Shown here: in pieces, positions 1-11,385 of the stretch
How positions within the stretch are numbered: position 1 is the first letter of the stretch
Layout: each line of letters starts with the position of its first letter
Assembly (NCBI RefSeq): GCF_006345805.1
Contig: NW_021832937.1
Span: 1-29,037 of the forward strand
Origin: Octopus sinensis
Lineage: Eukaryota
Length of the DNA stretch: 29,037 nucleotides
Direction: 5' to 3'
The notes under the pieces: generated by a model
The model's database searches: none
Told to the model about the DNA's origin: nothing
The model's input: only the letters and a program-made list of their open reading frames with translations
Position numbers and translations under genes: made by a program

Positions 1-1122
1 GTGTGTATATATACACAATATTTGGAGCGGGTGCATTTGCAGCTTTGTTTGTTTTGCTTTATTCAGGAATCAGTTTCTAGTCTAGAGACACGGTACTATC
101 ATTGGATTTAGGTAACATCAACTGGGTAGTCGTTTCATATAGGCGTGTATTTATATAAGTATATAAATAGACATGTATGTACATAAGTATGCACACACGT
201 ATGTATGTGTGCAAGCATGGATGTTACTGCACCTGTGGATCTGTATATTTTGACTTATTTACATATATGCACTCATATGTTGGCATGTGAACACATGCAT
301 CTGCAGCAGCGTGCAACGTCTTCAGCTTCTTCAAATTTAAACTGGAGCTCGTAAAAAATACCGGGAATCAAAATCTCTTCATCAAAGCAAGCTAACATCT
401 AACAGAACACCGAAATAGAGATACAATAATCTCGTCACTGATGAACGAACGACAATACGTCGTTTTGCAACTGAAATGAAGAGAACATTTGGAAGGAATT
501 TATGAAACTCATTGAGTCTATGACTCCGATCCCCTTTCATCTGAAATGATCAAAATGAACATTGTAATGTTCAGCGAAGGCAGATCAGCCTAAGAACAGG
601 GCAAATACCGCTTGAGCAATTAGCTGCAGACTTCTTTTGTGACGGTGTCAGTTCGATGAAATGTGACTGCAACTCAAAAAAGATCCTGGGGTCAATTCAT
701 TCAGCTAAATTTGTTTAAAGCCACAGTTTAACGACTGAAACAAGTAAAAGGTAAAATTATTGTCGTTGCATTACGCCAAAGACACACTGTATCGCTAAAC
801 ATTGATAAGAAAGAGAGAGAGAAAACAAACAATTCGAAGGTGGGAAGCAGCCGGAGAGCGTTGATTGTCGTGTACAGGCCCAAGTAATTAACCTTGTATC
901 GAGGCTATCTTATCAACCTTTAGCTGCAGGCTCTCAGTGGAGATATAAATAATATAGCAAACTGGCTGGCATTGTCAGAAAAGAAGTTGGTCTGACATTA
1001 AAAAGCAAAATGATTCATATGGCGAAGAAATATAGGCAAACATCTCTTTCATTGCCCCCTCTCTTTCTCTCTCGCTCTCATACCCCCCTCTCTCTTTCCG
1101 TTTCTATCTAGCTATATATCAA

Positions 1123-1204
1123 TATGTATGTATGTATATGTATATATATATATAATACACACACACACACACACACACACCACACACCACACCACACACA
1201 CACA

Positions 1205-1263
<59 letters not shown>

Positions 1264-1312
1264 ATACATACACACCACACCACACACACACACCACACAC
1301 CACATATATATG
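1123..1312. repeat. compound (TA)n/(CA)n microsatellite
   Basis: Directly visible. Confidence 0.97.
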
Positions 1313-1314
1313 TA

Positions 1315-2070
1315 CTGAACCACAAAAGAAACGTTGCACACGTACTAAATAGATACTGATTTATTAACACACTGCCATAGCATTGATTGAAGAGTGCTAG
1401 TTAAGAAACCGTTATTTCCTAATGATAAAACGTCATTTCCTGAAACATGTTTGACGTCACATGGTGTCACGTGGTGTACTGGATCCAAAGAGATGGATTC
1501 ACTATCTCGTGTGACCACCGTTAACATTGATTACCGCCAGGCATCTTATGTACATTGAATGCAACAAACGATTGACGAAGGCCATGGGGATAGCAGCCCA
1601 CACTCTGTTAAAACTTGCGGTGAGTTGTGCCGCAGTTGTAAGCCTTGGACGGATGTCATTTAGCCTTCTTTGGATTTTGTCCCACAGGTGTTCTATAGGG
1701 ATCAAGTTCGGACTTAGGGCAGGACATGGCAGTGTCTGGATGTTGTGCTGTTGGAGGAAGTCTGTTATCAACCGGGCAGTATGGATACGGGCGTTTTCGT
1801 GTTGGAACATGTGATTCCGATGACGGGTGAAGTAATGCATAATGTGAGGCCTCAAAACTTGGTCGATATAGCGAGCAGCGGTTACTCCATTGCCCCGGCT
1901 TTGGTCAATGTTTTGGAAGAGCATCGGTCCTAGTATCTGGTTGAGCGCATCCCCCTCATATCATGATGCTCTGTCCCCCTCATGAGTCTCTCCCCACCAC
2001 ACATCCATCGGCACGGATTTCACCCCTTCTTCTCCAAACCTTATCTCTGCCATCTGCCACGTTCGAAACG
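1315..2070 (-). pseudogene. 5'-truncated Tc1-family transposon: C-terminal DDE transposase remnant plus right end
   Basis: ORF 1502-1924 has FQHENARIHTA...PALSPNLIPIEHLW...SMYIRCLAVINVNGGHTR, the degenerate QDNA/WPxxSPDLNPIEHLW Tc1 motifs. 1925-2070 translates, with stops and shifts, to RVWRRRGE...GGQSIMI*GG. The end reads TA|CTGAACCACAAAAGAAACG at 1313-1333, a Tc1-like terminus. Confidence 0.9.
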
Positions 2071-2753
2071 TATGGATACATACACATAAATATAAACACA
2101 TAAATTTACATGAGGTTATAGTTTATTTTTTTAAAAATAGAAATAGTAAATATACATAGCTTTTGATTGCATTATTTAACGTACACATTAGTATAGATAA
2201 TAATAAATAATGATAGCAGTATAATTTATAATATTATTTAGTGTCGGTGTGATGAGGATAAAGGATATTTTTCTGAGTAAATTTTTGTGCAATAGATGTA
2301 ATTTTTTCTTAACCGTATAGAAGTGAAAGTAAATATTTACTATTTCTCCATTAATTCATAACGAGTTCGTTTCTGTTTTAAAATACTAAGGTGCAAAAAG
2401 TCGTGTTTTAATCTGATGAGATTTTTACTCAAAATATTTCCAAAATACAAAATTTCTATAAATTTGTTATTGGTTTTGGCTTTGAATCGAAACAATTGTA
2501 CGGTTATTAGTGTAAATATATCATAATAATAATATAATATCATGCTCATAATTTATCATATGTCACTTTAAACTCTCCATTTTCCTTTTATTATTTTTAT
2601 ATATTGTGTATATACCCATTTGTATTGCAGCATTTTTTCCCTACTATATTGGGTATTAAATCAGTTAATCAGCGAAAATTGCATGTTTCCAATTCTATAA
2701 GAGGAGTTTGTTTCCTTGTATTCGATTATATATATATACACATACATACATAT

Positions 2754-3174
2754 AGGCACAGGCGTAGCTGTAGGGTAAAAAGCTTGCTTCTCAACCATAT
2801 GGCTCCGGGTTCAGTCCCACTGTGTGGCACCTTGGACAAGTGACTTGTACTCTAGCCTCAGGCCGACCAAAGCCTTGTGAATGGATTTGGTAGACAGAAA
2901 CTGTAAGAAGTCTGTCGTATATGTATAGATATGTGTGTGTGTGTGTGCGTGTGCATGCAAGTGTGTGTGAGTGTGTGTATATGTGTGTGTTTATGTTGTC
3001 CTCTCACCATCACATGACAACCGATGCTGATGTCTTTATGTTTCTGTAACTTAGCAGCTTAGCAAAAGAGAACGATAAAATAAGTACAAGGCTTGCAAAG
3101 AATAAGTTCTGGGGTCGATTTCTCTAAGATGGTACTCCAAAATGGCCGTAATGAAATGACTGAAACAAGTAAAA

Positions 3175-3176
<2 letters not shown>
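2754..3176 (+). mobile_element. tRNA-derived SINE, octopus-type family A
   Basis: Head with A/B-box-like motifs (GGCGTAGCTGTAGGGTAAAAAG...GGGTTCAGTCCC), internal (TG)n, tail TGACTGAAACAAGTAAAAG. Alignable by eye to the inverted copy at 9125-9523. Confidence 0.85.
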
Positions 3177-3224
<48 letters not shown>

Positions 3225-3364
3225 TATATCGTTTGTAAAAGACATAAATCCGAAACAAGAAGCAAGCACTAATTGTAGAGCAGTATATTTTGAAAATGGG
3301 GAAAGCCGGTTTATGTATATGCTATGTATGTGTGCATGCATGAACATATGTATGTAAGAGTGAT

Positions 3365-3490
3365 ATTGGTGAATAGAAGTTTGTTTCACGACCATAGGGT
3401 ACTGGGTTCAATGCAACTGAATAGCGCCTTGCCTAAATCTCACTTTCTACAACCTTGAGTCGTGGTGTAGAAAGTGAGTGAATTTGGGTA
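3365..3490 (+). mobile_element. highly degraded SINE family A head fragment
   Basis: GTTTGTTTCACGACCATAGGGTACTGGGTTCAATGCAACTG resembles the head at 2779-2830. Confidence 0.45.
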
Positions 3491-3805
3491 AACATAAGCC
3501 TTAAATGGCCGTTTCTGGAGAACCTTGGATCGTATGTTTATTAAATAAGAAATTACTTGCAGTTAATCAACAGCAACAACAGCAGCAATAACAACAACAT
3601 TAACACCACCAACAACAGCTCTCTACCCGTTAAAAGCCACCGTTTACGCAATGGGGATAACAACGTAGCTTTGGCACCCGTGCAACCGCCCGTCTATCAC
3701 GTGTGGTGGGTGGATCTTCAAGTTGCCACACGCATTCTTAGTGGCTTAGAGTAGGCTCGAATTAGAGATTATTCTTTGTGGCTAATGGCGTGAGTCTTGG
3801 ATTGG

Positions 3806-4045
3806 AAGAAAGAAGAGAAGAAGAAGAAGAAGAAGAAGAAGAAGAAGAAGAAGAAGAAGAAGAAGAAGAAGAAGAAGAAGAAGAAGAAGAAGAAGAAGAA
3901 GATGATGATGAAAAAGAAGAAGAAGAAGAAGAAGAAGAAGGATGAGAAGAAGAAGAATGAGGAGAAGGAGAAGGAGATGAAGAAGAAAACAGCGACGGCG
4001 ACAACTACAATGATAACAATAACGACAAAGATGACAACAACGACA
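3806..4045. repeat. (GAA)n trinucleotide tract with degenerate (GAT/GAG/ACA) flank
   Basis: Directly visible; source of the poly-K/poly-S ORFs. Confidence 0.97.
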
Positions 4046-4549
4046 CTATGCTTGGCAAAAAAAAAATGGGATGGTCACTGCTGGATTAACTTTGGTCATA
4101 AGCCTGTTTGATCAAACTTGAGGCTAAACAATAACAACATCAACAACATTTTCCTTTCTGCAAACTTTATTGCACTTTTGCTTTGTGTCAGCCTCAACAA
4201 AACTAAATTTTCACTCCCACCGACTCTGCCTAATGGTCCAGATACCAAAATATATCCCATACACTTCTTTATTTCATTGATGGTCAAATGTTAGACAAGC
4301 TTAAGACTCTAGTCCACTCGACAACCTTCTAATGAAAGAATGTTTCGGCTATTTTCATTACGAGTTGTTGTGGCAATATTATGTGCATTCATATTGTGTT
4401 CCAGTAAAACGACCATATTTCAAATCTTAAGTCACGGTAGCAGTCTAAACAAATTCCACAAATTCTAAAGACATAAATTAATTTTTTTTTCTGTCATACC
4501 ATCTATTTAAATTTTAATACAGAAATTAGACATATCCAGGTATATATGA

Positions 4550-4550
<1 letters not shown>

Positions 4551-4606
<56 letters not shown>

Positions 4607-4715
4607 ACAGACACACACACACACACTCACACACATACACACACGCACACATAGACACACAGGCGCATACACTCATACACACACACACTCACTCACCCTC
4701 ACACACACACACACA
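4551..4715. repeat. (CA)n microsatellite
   Basis: Directly visible. Confidence 0.97.
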
Positions 4716-5027
4716 GATGTATATATGCAAAGCTTTCTTTTCAGCTTAAAGTTGTCTCCCTTGATATCAAGTACTAAAAAGAACTGACGAGTTCGAAATG
4801 CATCTCTCAGTCGAACAACCATTTTGTCTTAAACGATAACTTTTTTCTTCGCGACGAACTGCAGTGAATGACTTTACTGTTTCAAATATCCCAAAAGATA
4901 TCTTAACTGGTCTTAAGTTTGCAGTCTTTCCGCCATTGTTTTTCGCATCTACTCACGAGTACACACACACACACGCGTGTGTGTGTGTGTGTTTATGCTC
5001 TTCTCTTTCTCTTTAATTTTAAACTAA

Positions 5028-5291
5028 ATGTTGACAGGTCACCTTCTTAGTAGCAAGGCTGTGAAGGAAAACATCTTGTTTTAACCATCATTATTTAAAT
5101 CATAAGAAGGTCTTGCAAATTTTTATAGTGCCAGAATCGTGGTCATTGAATTAAGGGTCTCTCCCCGGGATCCCAAGCTCAGCCATACTTTACTCTAGAC
5201 GAGTTGGTGTGTATCCCGCTGCTCCAATAATAACAATAGGTATGAAGCTAAAATGAATCTTGAATACTGGATTTGAAAACTCATTATCAAA
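5028..5291 (-). mobile_element. R4/Dong-like (RLE-type) non-LTR retrotransposon, extreme 3' end, degraded copy
   Basis: Minus strand translates with lesions to QIQYS..FSFIPIVIIGAAGYTP...LGIP...SGTIKICKTFL*FK* (stop at 5091-5093), matching the C-terminus of RLE-type LINE ORFs. Confidence 0.75.
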
Positions 5292-5360
5292 TGTATGTAT
5301 GTATGTATGTGTGTATGTATGTATGTATGTATGTATGTATGTATGTATGTATGTATGTAC

Positions 5361-5577
5361 ATCCGGATTACAAGCCTGAACTTATAATCCGGATAGAGTA
5401 ACTGCAAATTTCTCAATAGTTCAGCGTAAGTATTCTCTTTTCCACTGATCTTCAGCCTTACGTTAATATCCGTTGGGCAGCTAATTTCATAGCTGTACAC
5501 AGTTTCTCTTCTCTATCCCAAATCATTATATCGGGTCTGTTGTGTTTACATTTTATTGAAGTCTTCACTGAAACATG
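5361..5577 (-). mobile_element. R4/Dong-like LINE fragment, restriction-like endonuclease (PD..D) core
   Basis: KTSIKCKHNRPDIMIWDREEKLCT(frameshift)EISCPTDINVRLKISGKENTYAELLRNLQLLYPDYKF; the HNRPDI..D and EISCP motifs are typical of RLE domains. Confidence 0.85.
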
Positions 5578-5746
5578 TATGTATGTATGTATGTATGTAT
5601 GTATGTATGTATGTATGTATGTATGTATGTATGTATGTATGTATGTATGTATGTATGCACGCATGTATGTATGTACGTATGTATGTATGTATGTATGTAT
5701 GTATGTATGTATGTATGTATGTATATATATATATATATAATATATA

Positions 5747-5787
<41 letters not shown>

Positions 5788-5850
5788 TGGATGTATGTAT
5801 GTATGTATGTATGTTGTATGTATGTATGTATGTATGGATGTATGTGTACA
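5575..5850. repeat. (TATG)n/(TA)n microsatellite (a second (TATG)n tract at 5291-5360)
   Basis: Directly visible. Confidence 0.97.
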
Positions 5851-6139
5851 CATATAATGTTATAGTTTAAAAGTCGATCCTTTATTCTATCAGTAAATGA
5901 CATCTTATAGAATACAAATAATAAATTATAGAGAAAAAGTATATAGAATATAAAGTGTGGGAGAGAAACGGGAGAAAGAGCAATAGTAGAGAGGGACAGC
6001 GAAAGGAGTTAAAAGAGGCGAGAGAAGGAGAGAGATTGAAGCAGCGAATGAGGGGTGGGATGGAAGATTGAGTTACACTTACTCGTTTCTATCAATCAAT
6101 CAACCAAACTCATTCCACTTACCCTTTATCTGTCTGTCT

Positions 6140-6560
6140 ATGTATGTATACGGACATGAATATATTTCGGTGTATTTCTTTTTTCTGTCTGTCTGTCTGT
6201 CTCTTTCTATGTATGTATGTATGTATGTATGTATGATGTATGTATGTATGTATGTATGTATGTATGTATGTATGTATCTATCTATCTATCTATCTTTACA
6301 CACACATGTACGTATGTATGTATGTATGTATGTATGTATGTATGTATCTATCTATCTATTTTTACACACACATGTATGTATGTATGTATGTATGTATGTA
6401 TGTATGTATGTATGTATGTATGTATCTATCTATCTTTACACACACATGTATGTAGGTATGCATGTATGTATGTATGCATGTATGTATGTATGTATGTATG
6501 TATGTAAGTATGTATGAATCTATGTATGTATCTATGTATGTATGTGTAGGAATGTCTGTA
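6140..6560. repeat. compound (TATG)n/(TATC)n array with a higher-order unit
   Basis: Directly visible; the anchor TTTACACACACATG occurs three times. Confidence 0.95.
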
Positions 6561-6829
6561 CGTACACACACATACTCTGTCTGTCTTTCTGTCTTTCTGT
6601 CTAACAGTCCTTCTCTTTAGATGTGAGTATGCTGTATATTCGGATCATGTGGGTCGGCATTTTGTATAAAAGAAAAAGACTAACTCGTCACTCAACACAA
6701 GTCCTTTGATAATACATTTTTGCAGTTACTTAGAAACGAATAAATAAACTAAAGGTTACATGCTTCCTCCATCTTGAGACTTCTTCACTGTATTACTGTA
6801 TTTGAGCAGAGGACGTTTTCGTTTTCGCA

Positions 6830-6951
<122 letters not shown>

Positions 6952-7002
6952 GACTTTTTCATGTCGTTGTCCCATCGCAGGATTCAGATGAACAAGGTAT
7001 TG

Positions 7003-7209
7003 AAAGATGGCTAAATTAGGCAGTCAAGAGTGGATTGTGCTTACATTTCTATCGACTCATTACGTTTTGAGTTCAAATTCCGTCAGGGTCAACTTTGCAT
7101 TTGATCCCACTGGGATTGATAAAATAAAATACCAGTGAAGTATTGGGCTTGATGTAATCAACTAGATCCTTTCGCTAAAATTTCAAACCTTGAGCATATT
7201 GTAGAGAGA

Positions 7210-7210
<1 letters not shown>
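7003..7210 (+). mobile_element. degraded SINE family B
   Basis: TTTGAGTTCAAATTCCGTCAGGGTCAACTTTGCATTTGATCC...GATAAAATAAAATACCAG resembles 19880-19950; followed by an (ACT)n tail. Confidence 0.7.
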
Positions 7211-7248
<38 letters not shown>

Positions 7249-7358
7249 GATGAGAAATAAGAATAATAATTATAATGATAAAAATAATAATTTGGCGGAT
7301 GTCGGAGACAGGTAACACCAACAAATTGGAATTTCTTCTTTTTGACGAGGATTTTTCA

Positions 7359-8023
7359 TTTTTTTTTCACGGGGCCCTTGGAAATGATCTGGAGCATCTT
7401 TTTAACAAAAAAAAAATTTTTTTAAGATTTCTTTTAAACTCCACCACCACCATCATTTCACCCTCCTCCAGACCGATTTAGACGATTTTGTGGGCACTAT
7501 GCACGATGATTTTGGGGGGAGTCACTCCGCACTTAAAAACTATAGGAGAAGCCTCTTCGGTAAAAAAGTAAGTAAATATTTTCAGACGCAAAGGTGTGTA
7601 ATTAATGGAAGATTTGGTTGTTGTTTCTAGCATATCGCATGATTACCTTCCTCGTTTCTTTCTCACTCTGATACGTATTGATGTTTTTCAATATTTTCTC
7701 CCCATTAATAGCATAAACTCATTTATGCTAGTAAAATAATTTTTTTGAAAATTTATGGTTTTAATTACCGGTCATGAGATATGCTAGAAACAACAGACAA
7801 ATCTCCTTAAATCACACACCTTTTCCTCTGAAAATATTTAATTCTTTTACCGAAAAGCCTTCTATAGTTTTCTCAAGTGCGTAGTGCCCACAAAATCGGT
7901 CTGGAAAGGGGAAGATGTGTGTGGAGAGGGGGTTTTATAATAAACATTTTTCGTAAATTTTTTTTTTTGGCTAAAAGGATGCCCCAGGGCATTTCCAAGT
8001 GCATTGTGAAAAAGAAAAAAAAA
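7359..8023. mobile_element. degenerate fold-back element, arms about 7359-7644 and 7771-8023
   Basis: Arms share blocks in inverted orientation (CTTGGAAATG..GAGCATC, CCAGACCGATT, GATTTTGTGGGCACTA, AAATATTTTCAGA, TTGTTTCTAGCATATC). The same family recurs at about 16500-16810 and 17125-17270. Confidence 0.8.
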
Positions 8024-8069
8024 CTCTGAAAACAGAAATTCCTGTCAAAACAGAAATTCCATCCTGTAG

Positions 8070-8138
8070 GTGCTACATATCTCCGACGTCAGCCAATAAT
8101 TTGTTTAATTGCTACTTCAAAATTCTTAATTTTCAGTG
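8070..8138 (+). CDS. candidate internal exon A of an unidentified host gene (phase 1 to 1)
   Basis: cctgtag|...|gtaaga; open frame GATYLRRQPIICLIATSKFLIFS. The 3' half is intron-like and contains an alternative acceptor at 8136, so this exon is weak. Confidence 0.2.
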
Positions 8139-8329
8139 GTAAGAATTTTATTGAATATGGTATCGAATGGTACAGGGAGAGCTTTTTAAAATACAATTTA
8201 ACGAAAGCAATTAACCGCAAAATCAATTGGTCAAAGTAACAGTAGCTCGAATCAACATTAATTGATTTATAGCAAATATTAAAATAAGTAAATCTTAGAG
8301 CGAGTTATAAACAGTAGCTGCAACACATC

Positions 8330-8562
8330 GTGACGTATATTTGCCATTTAAATATGGCTAACCCCTAAGGGTGGATGCTACTGTAGTTTGTAGCCCCAGG
8401 AGGACACCTCCTCCAGCTGGCTATAGACACACTTTGCAAATACTGATAAGACACAGAAAGTGTGTCTATAGCCAGCTGGAGGAGGTGTCCTCCTGGGGCT
8501 ACAAACTACAGTAGCATCCACCCTTAGGGGTTAGCCATATTTAAATGGCAAATATACGTCAC
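8330..8562. repeat. perfect 106-bp inverted repeat with 21-nt spacer
   Basis: 8330-8435 is the exact reverse complement of 8457-8562. Confidence 0.97.
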
Positions 8563-9124
8563 CATTAAAATAATTAAAATAACAAATATTAAACTAATAA
8601 TAGCCTATATTAAAACAAGGCTTTCATTAACGGTGTAGTTTATGTGTGCGTATTTGTCTCGTTTGCATTCACAGTATAAACAATCTTCACATTTCAGGAG
8701 TTTCTGTAATCAGCGTCAATCAAAAAGAATCAAATCTATGTTAAAAGCACAAGTCTTCAGGGGTTTTAATAATTTCATTATTCAGCTTAAAGGATATCTT
8801 AGACTTATGAGACCAGATGAGAACACTAAATTGGATTTGTTTCTGTTAAGTCTTTGAGATACAATATTTGGCTGCCATGATAAAATAGAGAGACTTGGAA
8901 TTATATTTTAAAAGGCGAGGCTTGAAGATGGCATTACATTCTATTCAAGAGTAAAACTTTCATTACGTCTAAATTTATCGGAAGCAAACAACCTTTTAAT
9001 TAGTTTGATAATTTTCTTAGATAAAGATCAAAATACTGTAATCTAACCATTTACGAAAGAGCTTATAAGAGATGTTTCTTCCTCAACCCACTCAGGGATT
9101 AAATGGGGACCGATCCAAAGGCAG

Positions 9125-9523
9125 TTTACTCTTTTACTTGTTTCAGTCATTTGACTGTGGCCATGCTGGAGCACCACCTTTAGTCGAGCAAATCGACCCC
9201 AGGACTTATTCTTTGTAAGCCTAGTACTTATTCTATCGGTATCTTTTGCCGAACCGCTAAGTTACGTGGACGTAAATACACCAGCATCGGTTGTCAAGCG
9301 ATGTTGGGGGGACAAACACAGACACACACACACACACACGCGCGCGCACATATACGTATGACGGGCTTCTTTCATTTTCCGTCTACCAAATCCACTCACA
9401 AGGCTTTGGTCGGCCTGAAGCTATAGTAGAAGACACTTGCCCAAGGTGCCACACAGTGGGACTGAACCCGGAACCATATGGTTGGTAAGCAAGCTACTTA
9501 GCATACGGCCACTTCTACGCCTA
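9125..9523 (-). mobile_element. tRNA-derived SINE family A, well preserved
   Basis: Reverse-orientation homologue of 2754-3176: tail TTTACTCTTTTACTTGTTTCAGTCA at 9125, head ending ACGCCTA at 9523. Confidence 0.9.
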
Positions 9524-9678
9524 ACTTTACTTCATCTCATGAAGCTGGCGAAACCTTTACGTTGCAGGATGTCGCTACTGCTCAGGTGGAGGAGTCGACT
9601 TTTAGAATAACTACAATAACCAGTTGTTGAGAAATCAACTTCAGTTGAAGCTTAAACTTGTTTTTCGCGTTGTTTTAG

Positions 9679-9713
9679 ATAATATCCCGCTTTTGATAAA
9701 TGATGTCTTTATT
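9679..9713 (+). CDS. candidate internal exon B (35 nt, phase 1 to 0)
   Basis: Strong acceptor ttgtttttcgcgttgttttag and donor gtaagt; only one open frame, xDNIPLLINDVFI. Confidence 0.4.
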
Positions 9714-10400
9714 GTAAGTGAGATACAATCTCAACAAACCAGTTAAAACGAGCTCCTGGATCCAAAACTCAAAATAGCACTTAGGAAACTGCAAACATCT
9801 GGTCATGCAGCCCTCGTTGTTATGTAAATACAGCAACTCATACAGTAATTATGATAATACAAGTAATCATAATAACATAAATTTAGAAGCGGTAAATCGT
9901 GAAGACATGTCTAACACTCTACCACTATTGGAATAAACAATTTTAACCAACCAAATATTTGAACGAATTATGTTATATCTTAATTATAAGCAATTACAAA
10001 ATTTTTATTTTACTCAAAAATTACTAACTTTTGGCATTTCTTCTGAAGTCTCTTTATTTAGTTATGCAGAGTTTAAAAGAATATCCAATATCATATTGGA
10101 TATTCAGTAATTATCCTACATTGTTAGTTAATTACTAATAGCAGAATTAAGTAAGATTGCGAAAGTTCAATAATCATGCGCTCTTAGTTGTAGCGAAACA
10201 ATTTGCCATTTATTATAAAACGTGGGTGAAATAGCTTCGCTAGTCGACAAACTCTAAAATACTTCTATGGTTTGGATAATTGACTCCTTGAAATTACGGA
10301 TCATTAGTGTTATTGCTGCTGTTATATATACTTAGAACTGAGCATTTATAAATATATATATCAGATTATAAAGCGAGGAATTCTTATTTGATTTTATAAG

Positions 10401-10564
10401 GCTGCAGCTACCCCAATACCGACTCATATCTATCTCTTAAAGGTGTCAGCCAATTTGGGCTCCCTGATAAACCAATTACCAAGCCAAGAATGCTGCCATA
10501 CAAAAAAGCCATATCTGAAATTTGCTGTCAAACCTGATAGAAGTTCTTCCTCTGAGTACATATG
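10401..10564 (+). CDS. candidate internal exon C (164 nt, phase 0 to 2; alternative acceptor at 10442)
   Basis: ttcttatttgattttataag|...ATG|gtaaga; locally GC-richer non-repeat sequence; open frame AAATPIPTHIYLLKVSANLGSLINQLPSQECCHTKKPYLKFAVKPDRSSSSEYI(W). Phase-compatible with exon B. Confidence 0.35.
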
Positions 10565-10734
10565 GTAAGATTTAGCCAATTACGATGTCGCAAATATGAA
10601 TGGCGGGTTTTGTTCTCATTAGTCAGAAGTTAGTGATCAGAAATTAGATTAAGAAGGACATGAAATATAAAACCAGAATATGTTCCATATTAATTCTATA
10701 TTTCATGTGTAATAGATTGTGTAGTAACACACAC

Positions 10735-10786
<52 letters not shown>

Positions 10787-11225
10787 ACACACACATTCCA
10801 GGGTGTACACGTACTTCTATGCCATCATATTTCTGGGATCATAAGTGTGTCTGCATTCTTATAGAAACATTGTGATTATGTGCGTGCGCGTGTGTGTCCT
10901 AATTTCAAACTTTTCCCTCTTTTTCCGTGATCTTCACCTCCTCAAACAATTTCTTGTTGCCCTCATTTTCCCTTCACACGTCTTTACATCGCCCTAAACT
11001 TATTTTCACTAAAATTCCCTTCTCATATCATGCTGATTCCCTAAACTATTGTCTCTATCACACTTTCATCCAACGTGCTTCCCGCTTGAACTTCAATTCC
11101 TCTAACCACAATACCAAATCTTATCCAATGAGCCCATACTCACCTATTCTTCATGTCTACCAAATGGAGAGTCTTTCTTACTGAAGACTACTGTCTATAA
11201 AGTAAAATGTTAACATACATAACAC

Positions 11226-11293
<68 letters not shown>

Positions 11294-11324
11294 ATATAAT
11301 AGGTGACAATTATTCGGTAGTCAT

Positions 11325-11385
11325 GATAAAACTCCGAGTTTCAGATGTCGGGGCGGAAATCAACGCCGGCATCTCATCAGTTATC
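11325..11385 (-). ncRNA. type I hammerhead ribozyme motif (PLE/retrozyme-type, near canonical)
   Basis: Minus strand: GAUAA-CUGAUGA-GAUGCCGGCG UUGAUUUC CGCCCCGACAUC-U-GAAA-CUC G GAG-UU-UUAUC. Stem I GAUAA/UUAUC, imperfect stem II, palindromic stem III, GUU cleavage triplet, one extra U before G12. Confidence 0.75.

Noticed and set aside
67-111. Possible exon ttattcag|GAATCAG...TTTAG|gtaaca
   Set aside because: The only open frame ends in TAG at the donor, and it cannot be linked to the other candidate exons.
600-720. QIPLEQLAADFFCDGVSSMKCDCNSK, faintly like Cys-rich tails of integrase-derived proteins
   Set aside because: Similarity is too weak, and no integrase core is visible nearby.
2412-2445. 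CTGATGAG...CTC-AAAA hammerhead-like string
   Set aside because: G12 is missing and stem II is only 2 bp.
4784-4810. CTGACGA-GTTC-GAAA-TGCA-TC hammerhead-like string
   Set aside because: Stem II is only 1 bp and stem I does not pair; an alternative ACTGA/TCAGT hairpin sequesters the core.
10432-10563. Minus-strand open frame MYSEEELLSGLTANFRYGFFVWQHSWLGNWFIREPKLADTFKR
   Set aside because: Protein-like, but the acceptor is weak and I found no compatible minus-strand partner exons. It remains an alternative reading of exon C.
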